Below, one piece after another: positions 25,429-32,502 of a stretch of 35,987 nt of DNA. Under the pieces are notes generated by a model. It was not told where the DNA came from, ran no database searches, and saw nothing but the letters and a program-made list of their open reading frames with translations. Every line of letters starts with the position of its first letter. The stretch's first letter is position 1. The position numbers and the translations under genes are program-made. Source of the DNA: Candidatus Liptonbacteria bacterium. Its GTDB lineage: Bacteria; Patescibacteriota; Minisyncoccia; UBA6257; 2-01-FULL-56-20. The stretch is taken from contig JACRFR010000023.1 in the NCBI GenBank assembly GCA_016212635.1, positions 1 to 35,987 of the forward strand, given 5' to 3'.

Positions 25429-25472
25429 TCCATAATCTCCCCTTCGACGGCCGTCGAAGGGGAGATTATGGA
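25429..25472. repeat. perfect 44-bp palindrome
   Basis: TCCATAATCTCCCCTTCGACGG|CCGTCGAAGGGGAGATTATGGA. Confidence 0.95.
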
Positions 25473-25571
25473 TATAGAGTGCTTCCCGGATATTTAGCAC
25501 TTTAAACGGGGACCAGATTGGGCGCGGCTAGCTTACCTTTCCTTGGGGAGGATGTTATACTAATCACTATC

Positions 25572-26504
25572 ATGCCCAACACTCTTGGTTACGACCAGCC
25601 GCTTTTTATCCTGGCTTTTGACCAGCGGGCTTCGATTTTAGAGAAGCTTCTTCAATTGTCTCCGGGTCAGACGCCATCGCCGGAAGTGGCGGATCAAATG
25701 GAGCGCTTTAAAACTGCTATTTATGAGGGTTTTCGCTATGCTCTGGCACACGGCGTACCGCAAGCAGAAGCGGCAATTCTAGTGGATGAGCAGTACGGCC
25801 ACGCGATTCTGCACGACGCTGTCTTCCACGGCTTCACCGTGGCGCTGACCACCGAGAAGACTGGTCAACACGAATTCGATTTTGAGTATGGCGATGAGTT
25901 CACCTCCCACCTCCTGAAATACCGCCCGACTTTCGCCAAGGTGCTGGTGCGGCATAACCCCGAAGCGGGGGATGCGTTAAACGTCCACGAGCATGCCAAG
26001 CTGGTCCGGCTGCGGGAGTTTTGCGACCGGGAGAACTTCAAGCTCTTGGTCGAGTTGATCTTGCCTCCGACCGATGCGCAGCTGGCCTGGGTGGGCAACG
26101 ACCTGGCCCGCTACGATCGCGAAATTCGACCCGCCCTGGAAATTAAGCTGGTCAAACAGTTTCAAAACGCAGGGATCGAGGCGGACGTTTGGAAAATAGA
26201 AGGCTTGACCAGCGCGGAGCAGTATCGGGCGTTGGTCGGCCAGGTGCAAAGCGGGGGACGAGATAAGGTCGGCGTGGCGGTGCTCGGCCGCGCGGCGAGC
26301 GATGAGCAAGTGGAAGAGTGGCTCCGGGTCGGCGCGGGCGTGGACGGGGTGATCGGTTTCGCCGTGGGCCGGACAATTTTCTGGGAGCCGATCGCGCGTT
26401 ACCACCAAGGGAGCCAGACCTGGGAACAAACCGTGGAGCAGATTGGCGAACACTATCTGCATTTTTATCGAGTTTTTAGTAACATCAAGTCGAAAAAGTC
26501 ATAG
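25572..26504 (+). CDS. DUF2090 domain protein (IolC C-terminal-like, class I aldolase/TIM-barrel)
   Basis: LFILAFDQR, ILVDEQYG, KVLVRHNP, ADVWKIEG, VLGRA, GFAVGRTIF; ATG 25572 follows the extended -10 TGTTATACT. Confidence 0.82.
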   Translation: MPNTLGYDQPLFILAFDQRASILEKLLQLSPGQTPSPEVADQMERFKTAIYEGFRYALAHGVPQAEAAILVDEQYGHAILHDAVFHGFTVALTTEKTGQHEFDFEYGDEFTSHLLKYRPTFAKVLVRHNPEAGDALNVHEHAKLVRLREFCDRENFKLLVELILPPTDAQLAWVGNDLARYDREIRPALEIKLVKQFQNAGIEADVWKIEGLTSAEQYRALVGQVQSGGRDKVGVAVLGRAASDEQVEEWLRVGAGVDGVIGFAVGRTIFWEPIARYHQGSQTWEQTVEQIGEHYLHFYRVFSNIKSKKS

Positions 26505-26538
26505 GTCATAAGTCAATAGTCATTAGTCATCAGTCAAT
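26497..26538 (+). repeat. heptamer array x6 (AGTCANN orientation)
   Basis: AGTCATA GGTCATA AGTCAAT AGTCATT AGTCATC AGTCAAT. Confidence 0.8.
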
Positions 26539-26546
26539 CAATACTC

Positions 26547-27269
26547 ATGCCCAAATCACAAGTTCCGCCGGTCGCCAAGAAATCAGTTAAAAGCGAAACA
26601 AAACCCCGGATAAATTATCTCTTCCCGGCTCATCAGCACGATGTCTCCCCCTGGCGGATTTTTAAGATCATGGCCGAGTTCGTCAACGGATTTGAATTCC
26701 TGCGGCAATTCACCCGTGCGGTATCGTTCTTCGGCTCCGCGCGAGTCGGTCTGGAACCGCGGATGTACACGGAGGCGACCAAGCTGGCGCGCATGTTCGC
26801 GGACGCGGGTTTCGCGGTGGTGACTGGCGGGGGCCCGGGCATCATGCAGGCGGCGAATAAGGGCGCATTTGAGGCCGGCGGACGCTCCATTGGCTTGAAT
26901 ATTAAACTGCCTTTTGAACAACGGACCAATAAGTACGTCACCGACGCGGAAAGCTTCGAGTACTTCTTCTCTCGTAAGGTTATGCTGTCTTTCGCCGCGC
27001 ACGCCTACATTTTCTTCCCCGGTGGCTACGGAACTCTGAACGAAATGTTCGAAATGGTAGAGTTGGTGCAAACCAAGAAGATCGAACCCCTGCCGATAGT
27101 GCTGGTCGGTCGGGATTTTTGGACTCCGCTTCTGGATTGGTTGAAGACGGTTGTTTTGGACAAAACTCGCGGCATAGAGCCGGAAGACCTGGCGATCATT
27201 CATGTGGCCGACAATGCGGAAGAGGCCTTTCGTACCGTGGTCCGGCTAATCCAGCCGCTTAAGCGGTAA
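26547..27269 (+). CDS. LOG family protein (TIGR00730-like)
   Basis: VSFFGSAR, TGGGPGIMQAANKGA, LPFEQ, FFSRKVM, PGGYGTLNE. Confidence 0.92.
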   Translation: MPKSQVPPVAKKSVKSETKPRINYLFPAHQHDVSPWRIFKIMAEFVNGFEFLRQFTRAVSFFGSARVGLEPRMYTEATKLARMFADAGFAVVTGGGPGIMQAANKGAFEAGGRSIGLNIKLPFEQRTNKYVTDAESFEYFFSRKVMLSFAAHAYIFFPGGYGTLNEMFEMVELVQTKKIEPLPIVLVGRDFWTPLLDWLKTVVLDKTRGIEPEDLAIIHVADNAEEAFRTVVRLIQPLKR

Positions 27270-27271
27270 GC

Positions 27272-28279
27272 ATGGATCTTGTGCCGGATCCGGAAACATC
27301 GATCATGCGCAAATCCATCCTAGAATTTCCGCGGCAGTTCGAGTTTGAGCCGGTCATCGCGAACGCGGATAAGTTCCGGCGATCGCCGCACGTCATCGTC
27401 TGCGGCATGGGTGGGTCGCACCTGGCTGGCGACTTTTTGAATCCGATCGAGCCAGAAATAAATCTGCGTGTTTGGAGTGACTACGGTTTACCGCCAGTCC
27501 CAGAGGATGAATTGCAGGACTCCTTGATCATTGTGAGTTCCTACTCCGGCAATACTGAAGAGACGCTGGATGCTTATCGCGCGGCCCGGGAGCGAGGTCT
27601 GTCACTGGCCGCGGTGGCGGTCGGTGGTAAGCTTCTGGAGTTGGCCAAGAAGGATGGCGTGCCATATGTCCAACTGCCGGACACCGGTATCCAGCCGCGA
27701 ATGGCCTTGGGCTTCAGCTTGCGTGCCATGCTCGCCTTAATCGGGGACCAAGACGGCCTGCAAGGGACGCGGGGGCTGGCCCAGGACCTGCCCGCCGAGG
27801 TTTTGGAGTCGGAGGGGCGCGACTTGGCCAAGTGGCTCAAGAACTACGTACCGGTTGTTTACGCTTCCGACTCTAACCGGTCGCTGGCTTACTACTGGAA
27901 GATAACCTTAAACGAGACCGGTAAGATCCCGGCTTTCTATAATGTTCTGCCGGAGCTGAATCACAACGAGATGAACGGCTTTGATGTTAAGTCCGGTTCT
28001 CGCCCACTGGCCCAGAACTTCGCTTTTATTTTCCTTTCAGATACCGACGACCACCCGTTGGTTCAAAAACGCATGGCGATATTGAAATCTATGTACCAAG
28101 ACCGCAAGCTGCCGGTCCGAACCATCCCACTTGTAGGTCAAACCAAGTATCATAAGCTGTTTACCAGTGTCCTTCTGGCAATTTGGACCGCGTTCTGCGT
28201 CGCCGAGCAATATGGCCTGGAACCGGAGCAGGTCCCGATGGTGGAGGAATTTAAAAGGCTAGTGACTACTGACCGATGA
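27272..28279 (+). CDS. bifunctional phosphoglucose/phosphomannose isomerase (SIS domains)
   Basis: CGMGGS, SSYSGNTEETL, GGKL, QPRMA, WKITLNETGK, PELNHNE; start may be 27305. Confidence 0.92.
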   Translation: MDLVPDPETSIMRKSILEFPRQFEFEPVIANADKFRRSPHVIVCGMGGSHLAGDFLNPIEPEINLRVWSDYGLPPVPEDELQDSLIIVSSYSGNTEETLDAYRAARERGLSLAAVAVGGKLLELAKKDGVPYVQLPDTGIQPRMALGFSLRAMLALIGDQDGLQGTRGLAQDLPAEVLESEGRDLAKWLKNYVPVVYASDSNRSLAYYWKITLNETGKIPAFYNVLPELNHNEMNGFDVKSGSRPLAQNFAFIFLSDTDDHPLVQKRMAILKSMYQDRKLPVRTIPLVGQTKYHKLFTSVLLAIWTAFCVAEQYGLEPEQVPMVEEFKRLVTTDR

Positions 28280-28303
28280 CCATTGACTATTGACTGTTGA
28301 CTA
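28262..28303 (+). repeat. heptamer array x6 (NTGACNN orientation)
   Basis: GTGACTA CTGACCG ATGACCA TTGACTA TTGACTG TTGACTA. Confidence 0.8.
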
Positions 28304-28353
28304 GGGGGCGGGGAGTAAGGGAAAAGCCCGACTTCCTCCGAAGGACCTCCCCC

Positions 28354-28460
28354 GAGGTTCACCCTCCCCAATATTCATTCTTCGGTTCCCGGAGGTTGAA
28401 CCTCCTAATATCGTTCTGGTTTCTCCCCGAGGTCCGTCCTCCTTTGGAGGTCGAACCTCC
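28354..28460. repeat. cluster of four short GAGGT-NNN-ACCTC hairpins
   Basis: 28354-28366, 28391-28405 (GGAGGTTGAACCTCC), 28429-28441, 28446-28460 (GGAGGTCGAACCTCC). Confidence 0.7.
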
Positions 28461-28498
28461 CGACATTAAATCTACCCGGACATATTCCTAAAATTAAA

Positions 28499-28610
28499 GG
28501 CGCCCCTAAAAAGTTATTCCCTGAGCCCGTCGAAGGGTAGCTTTTTGGCGGGTACAGGCATGGCCCTCGACAAGCTCGGGCAATAAAATCGGTGGTTTCC
28601 GAACAGCGCC
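28499..28610 (+). mobile_element. ~120-bp MITE-like element, copy 2 (left end eroded)
   Basis: 28508-28610 is nearly identical to 1932-2035. Confidence 0.8.
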
Positions 28611-28712
28611 CCGCGGCTTGGGGTATTGATTCCACAATTCGCCGCCCGCCTCTTTCCGTTGTAGAATATATTTGGCGTTAGTTCTGCGAACTGCGCACTA
28701 CGAACTCTCTTC

Positions 28713-28757
28713 ATTCGCATTATTACCTCCCCGATTAGCGTTATTAGCGATTACTCT
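28713..28757 (-). repeat. 45-bp dispersed repeat, reverse copy abutting the nuclease ATG
   Basis: Reverse complement reads AGAGTAATCGCTAATAACGCTAATCGGGGAGGTAATAATGCGAAT. Confidence 0.85.
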
Positions 28758-29504
28758 ATGCAGAAGCTCTCCCGCTCCAAGATCGACCTGTTCCACGAGT
28801 GCCAGCGCTGTTTTTGGCTGGAGGTCAAGCACGGCGTGAAACGCCCCCCGGGATTCCCATACACCATCAATAGCGCGATCGACTGGCTTCTGAAGCAGGA
28901 GTTCGACGAGTATCGGGCGCTTGGCCGGGCGCACCCCATTATGGAGGCGGCCGGGATCGGAGCGGTGCCTTATGAACATCCGAAGATCAATGAGTGGCGG
29001 CACAACTTTACCGGTATCCGATTTGAGCACAAGCCGACTGACTTCTTGGTCTTTGGCGCGGTGGATGACATTTGGGTTAACCCGGCAGGGGAGTTAATTA
29101 TTGTGGACTATAAATCCACCGGTTCGGTTCAGCACAAAATCTACGATGAGTACCGCCGCCAACTGGAGGTTTACCAGTGGCTCTTCCGCCAGAACGGATT
29201 TACGGTTTCCGAGACGGGCTATTTCGTTTTTGCTCGGGTCAGCAAGGCCCACGGTTTCTCGGCGCACGCGGATGCCGGACCGGCGGAGGGCGAGGCCCAT
29301 GAACGCGCGCTTTTGCCCTTCGATATTTTTGTCGAGCCCTTAACCGGCAACCCATCCTGGGTGGAAGGCGCCTTAGCGGACGCCCACCGGGTATTGGACT
29401 CGGATACGCCGCCTGCCCCGGGCGGCGATTGCGAACACTGTAAATATCGCCGCGCCGCGAATGAGCATGCCGCAGGGAAAATGTCACATCCCGCCAGTTC
29501 TTAG
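28758..29504 (+). CDS. PD-(D/E)XK nuclease (RecB/Cas4-like, four cysteines)
   Basis: LSRSKI…CQRCFW, GAVDDIW, IIVDYKS, QLEVY, CEHCKY. Confidence 0.88.
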   Translation: MQKLSRSKIDLFHECQRCFWLEVKHGVKRPPGFPYTINSAIDWLLKQEFDEYRALGRAHPIMEAAGIGAVPYEHPKINEWRHNFTGIRFEHKPTDFLVFGAVDDIWVNPAGELIIVDYKSTGSVQHKIYDEYRRQLEVYQWLFRQNGFTVSETGYFVFARVSKAHGFSAHADAGPAEGEAHERALLPFDIFVEPLTGNPSWVEGALADAHRVLDSDTPPAPGGDCEHCKYRRAANEHAAGKMSHPASS

Positions 29505-29511
29505 CGGAGAT

Positions 29512-29549
29512 CATCTATTCTATTGTTCTTGAGAACAATAGAATAGATG
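29512..29549. repeat. 38-bp palindrome with 18-bp perfect arms
   Basis: CATCTATTCTATTGTTCT-tg-AGAACAATAGAATAGATG. Confidence 0.92.
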
Positions 29550-29571
29550 GAGGGTCTTTGTGCTAATGATT

Positions 29572-29931
29572 ATGCCTGCGCCGATTAGATCTAAGGAATA
29601 TTACTGGACATTCCATGCGCGCAATAAAATGCGCCAGTACCAGTTGTCGGAGCAAAGGGTACGGCGGGTGCTCCACTCCCCGGCGCGGATCGAGGAGGGG
29701 ATTGCGCCCAATACTATTGCGGCCATGCAGGTGGTTCCCGCGCCCAAGCGCCCCTATGAGATCTGGGTCATGTTGCAATCTGTAAGTCGAAAGTCAGAAG
29801 TTAAGGGTCAAAAGTCAAAGGTCAAAGGTCACGAGTCAAAGATCATTTCCGCCTGGCGCTATCCCGGCCGCACCAAGCCCGGCGATCCTATTCCAGCGGA
29901 GATATTACGAGAGCTAAGAATGCTGGCGTGA
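29572..29931 (+). CDS. hypothetical protein, DUF4258-like, with an in-frame heptamer insert
   Basis: WTFHARNKMRQY…VRRVLHSP…EIWVM…KIISAWRYPG; heptamer x8 at 29785-29840. Confidence 0.7.
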   Translation: MPAPIRSKEYYWTFHARNKMRQYQLSEQRVRRVLHSPARIEEGIAPNTIAAMQVVPAPKRPYEIWVMLQSVSRKSEVKGQKSKVKGHESKIISAWRYPGRTKPGDPIPAEILRELRMLA

Positions 29932-29978
29932 TTTAGCGCAACTTGTCCCACTTGCCTCCGTTCCGTCCCTACGGCACC

Positions 29979-30072
29979 TTACCACATTATCTGGCTATGA
30001 CCAGATAATGTGGTAAAGCAATAGTGGCTCCACACCACCATGTTATCTAGCTATGACCGGATAGTGTGGTAA
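29979..30072. repeat. two tandem ~38-bp palindromes, family B, upstream of PaaX-like gene 2
   Basis: TTACCACATTATCTGG-ctatga-CCAGATAATGTGGTAA (29979-30016) and a degenerate copy at 30035-30072 whose right arm carries TGGTAAAAT. Confidence 0.88.
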
Positions 30073-30092
30073 AATAAGTTTGATCGAAAAGC

Positions 30093-30665
30093 ATGGCTGG
30101 AATTATCCGAAGAGGGGGTAACTCTCATAAAATACTTAACACCCTGGCAATCAGCGCTGGTTTTTTGGCTATTTCACTCATTTCTCCAGGTTCCAGTGGC
30201 GTTATCGTTCAGGGATTGGTTCGGGGTTACTTTCGGAGAAGGTCTTTTGAGAAACACAGGTTTTTGAGAGACATTCGGAGGTTGCAGCGGTTAGAGATGC
30301 TAGATTTTCGCGAGCTGGCGGATGGAAATATCAGGATAACTCTGTTGAAAAATGGCCGACGCTTTGTCTTGACCGACAAATTGGATAATCTGAAAATCAA
30401 GCGACCGATAGCGTGGGACGGTAAATGGAGACTGGTAATATTCGACATTCCTCATGATCAGCGCCGCGCCCGGGATGCGTTTCGCGAGAAACTTACCGAC
30501 CTAGGCTTCCATCAGCTACAGAAAAGCGTTTTTATTATCCCATTCCCTTGCGAAAAAGAATTGGATTTTATTATGACCTACTGGAATGTCCAAGACCACG
30601 TTTTATTGCTGTATGTCAGTTCTTTTGAGGGAGAAGCCAAACTCAAGCATCACTTTGGGTTATAG
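30093..30665 (+). CDS. PaaX-like protein: winged-HTH plus Cas2/VapD-like domain (190 aa)
   Basis: IRRLQRLEML…ITLLKNG wHTH; WDGKWRLVIFDIP…RDAFREKLTDLGFHQLQKSVFIIPFPC. Confidence 0.88.
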   Translation: MAGIIRRGGNSHKILNTLAISAGFLAISLISPGSSGVIVQGLVRGYFRRRSFEKHRFLRDIRRLQRLEMLDFRELADGNIRITLLKNGRRFVLTDKLDNLKIKRPIAWDGKWRLVIFDIPHDQRRARDAFREKLTDLGFHQLQKSVFIIPFPCEKELDFIMTYWNVQDHVLLLYVSSFEGEAKLKHHFGL

Positions 30666-30712
30666 CTCGTGTTCCTTAGGCGACAGCCCGCCCCCCTCTG
30701 TTTCTTTGCTAC

Positions 30713-30758
30713 TTCTACACCACGCTATCTAGCCATAGCTAGATAGCGTGGTGTAGAA
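30713..30758. repeat. 46-bp palindrome, family B, downstream of PaaX-like gene 2
   Basis: TTCTACACCACGCTATCTAGC-cata-GCTAGATAGCGTGGTGTAGAA with 21-bp perfect arms. Confidence 0.92.
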
Positions 30759-30801
30759 AAGAAGTGGGCTGGGGAGGGAAGGGGAGGGAAGGATGGGGAT
30801 A

Positions 30802-30829
30802 TTGAGCGAGTTTCGGATACTGGTATAAT
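30802..30829 (+). promoter_or_regulatory. extended -10 promoter, leaderless type
   Basis: TTGAGC-16-TATAAT with TG extension, 6 nt before ATG 30836. Confidence 0.55.
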
Positions 30830-30835
30830 CAGCCC

Positions 30836-31300
30836 ATGCCTGGTTATCGCGCCGAATATCCCTGGAGAAGCACGGATAGAGCGGCAGGTAGGGATATGCA
30901 GCGCTTAATGCTATTCGAGCAGAGGTCGGGCGAGATCGGGCAGATGCTCCAGGGGACATTCAACCTCCCCGAGGAAACAGCTCGGCGTCTGGAACGATTG
31001 CTCTTTGATACAGCCGTCGAGCCACAAGAGACAGTTGACCAAATACGCGCGAGCGAGAAATCTTTAGTTTATCACCCTCCTTACTTCCAGGTTCAGGGGG
31101 TGAGCGATTCGGCGTTTCGGTGTCCGGATGGGAAAAGTTTTCTGGATTTGTTTACACGCGATAAATTAGCGGAGCACTCATCTCCGGAAACATTGGTCGC
31201 AGGAATCGAAGTGGCGGTGGAGTACGAGATGGAAAATTTGTCTAAGATCAGAGAAGCCATGGCAAGCGCCTCTCGGGAGCGGAGAGAATTGGAACATTAA
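30836..31300 (+). CDS. hypothetical protein (154 aa)
   Basis: ORF with promoter in leaderless position; no family recognised. Confidence 0.65.
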   Translation: MPGYRAEYPWRSTDRAAGRDMQRLMLFEQRSGEIGQMLQGTFNLPEETARRLERLLFDTAVEPQETVDQIRASEKSLVYHPPYFQVQGVSDSAFRCPDGKSFLDLFTRDKLAEHSSPETLVAGIEVAVEYEMENLSKIREAMASASRERRELEH

Positions 31301-31334
31301 TATCCGAAATCTGGCAGAATATTTGTTTAGCACC

Positions 31335-31916
31335 ATGACTAAAAAGCGCTGGTATGGAATAATTCTAGTGGCGGTGATAGTTTTAGTATTAGCGGTAGTT
31401 TGGCCCAAACCGGGCCAGGCACCGTCCCCGCCACCCCCTGGTATTTCAGCCGATAACCAAACTCCACCCACCAACATGTTTATCACCAGCCCTGCTTTCA
31501 ATAATCAGGAAACCATTCCCCGGAAATTCACCTGTTCTGGAGGCGATATCAATCCTGAATTGCAAATTCAAAATGTTCCGACTGGGGCTAAATCACTGGT
31601 CTTGATCGTAGATGACCCAGACGCCCCGGGTGGTATATTTACCCACTGGACCATCTGGAATATAGGCTCCAAAACAACTGTGGTGAAAGAAGAAAGCAAG
31701 CCGCCGTCCGCGGTGGAGGGTACGACAGATTTTGGCCGGATCGGCTGGGGCGGGCCGTGTCCACCGCCCGGCACGCCCCATCGGTACTTCTTCCGACTCT
31801 ACGCCGTGGATACCCTGCTTGATTTGCCGGCTGGTGCCAGCCGAAAACAACTCGAGCATGCCATGGAGGGGCACGTCCTCCAGGCCGCCGAGCTCATGGG
31901 TATTTTTAGCCGCTGA
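31335..31916 (+). CDS. YbhB/YbcL family (PEBP/RKIP-like) protein with N-terminal membrane anchor
   Basis: ITSPAF, DINPEL, SLVLIVDDPDAPGGIFTHW, GPCPPPGTPHRYFFRLYAVD. Confidence 0.93.
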   Translation: MTKKRWYGIILVAVIVLVLAVVWPKPGQAPSPPPPGISADNQTPPTNMFITSPAFNNQETIPRKFTCSGGDINPELQIQNVPTGAKSLVLIVDDPDAPGGIFTHWTIWNIGSKTTVVKEESKPPSAVEGTTDFGRIGWGGPCPPPGTPHRYFFRLYAVDTLLDLPAGASRKQLEHAMEGHVLQAAELMGIFSR

Positions 31917-31928
31917 TCTTTTATCCCC

Positions 31929-32189
31929 ATGAACGAACGAGTCATAGACAGTTTGCCGGATGACCGTGTGCCCGAATTGGGCAAGACGCTTGTGCTTAAC
32001 GTGTGGTGGGTGGATGGCAGGAAGCGCCAGCGCGTACGCTTTTGGGCCACACCGCCCGAGGGGAAGGAGTCCGAGGTTATGGAGGATACATATGAAGAGT
32101 ATGAACCCGGCAAGTGGCGAAAAGTGCCGGGCGAGCCAGAGGCCGATTATGGCCCAGCGCCCACTAGAAATTCTGGTAATCCGGGCTAA
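31929..32189 (+). CDS. hypothetical protein (86 aa)
   Basis: ATG 12 nt after the preceding stop; plausible composition. Confidence 0.5.
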   Translation: MNERVIDSLPDDRVPELGKTLVLNVWWVDGRKRQRVRFWATPPEGKESEVMEDTYEEYEPGKWRKVPGEPEADYGPAPTRNSGNPG

Positions 32190-32245
32190 ACTGCTATCCC
32201 CAGTCCGTCTTGACAGAAATATCGGATTGCTTAATACTCCCATCA

Positions 32246-32341
32246 ATGAAAGAGAGTCTTTCCATCTGTAGCACTGCCCCAGGCGCCCGTTACTTTGCGT
32301 TTTACTTTTTTTATCCCGCCACCGCGGCCAGGGAGTCTTAA
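32246..32341 (+). CDS. putative Phe/Tyr attenuator leader peptide (31 aa)
   Basis: MKESLSICSTAPGARYFAFYFFYPATAARES*; seven of eight consecutive residues are F/Y; TTGACA (32210) then 17 bp then AATACT upstream. Confidence 0.7.
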   Translation: MKESLSICSTAPGARYFAFYFFYPATAARES

Positions 32342-32380
32342 AGTAGCGAAAAGCGAAAAGCGATAAGCGAAAAATAAGAG

Positions 32381-32404
32381 CCCCCTGACCGCAGGGGGAT
32401 TTTT
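32381..32404 (+). terminator. attenuator-type intrinsic terminator
   Basis: CCCCCTG-accg-CAGGGGG-ATTTTT; the 5' arm can alternatively pair with 32329-32340. Confidence 0.7.
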
Positions 32405-32502
32405 GTATACGTTGCGATTCGGATGCTGGTCGGGTCAAGCGACCTAACTATCCTCCGGGTCGGGACCGCAAGCAATTGCCAACCGAACCGGGCGAGCTCT
32501 TT

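Noticed and set aside
29979-30758. CRISPR array or CRISPR-Cas locus (38-bp repeats near Cas2-like and Cas4-like genes)
   Set aside because: Only two degenerate tandem copies with an 18-bp gap, fully palindromic, and no cas1 or effector genes.
30766-30798. G-quadruplex-like tract GGG-CT-GGGG-A-GGG-AA-GGGG-A-GGG
   Set aside because: The motif is present but explained by a GGGGAGGGAA tandem duplication; there is no evidence of function.
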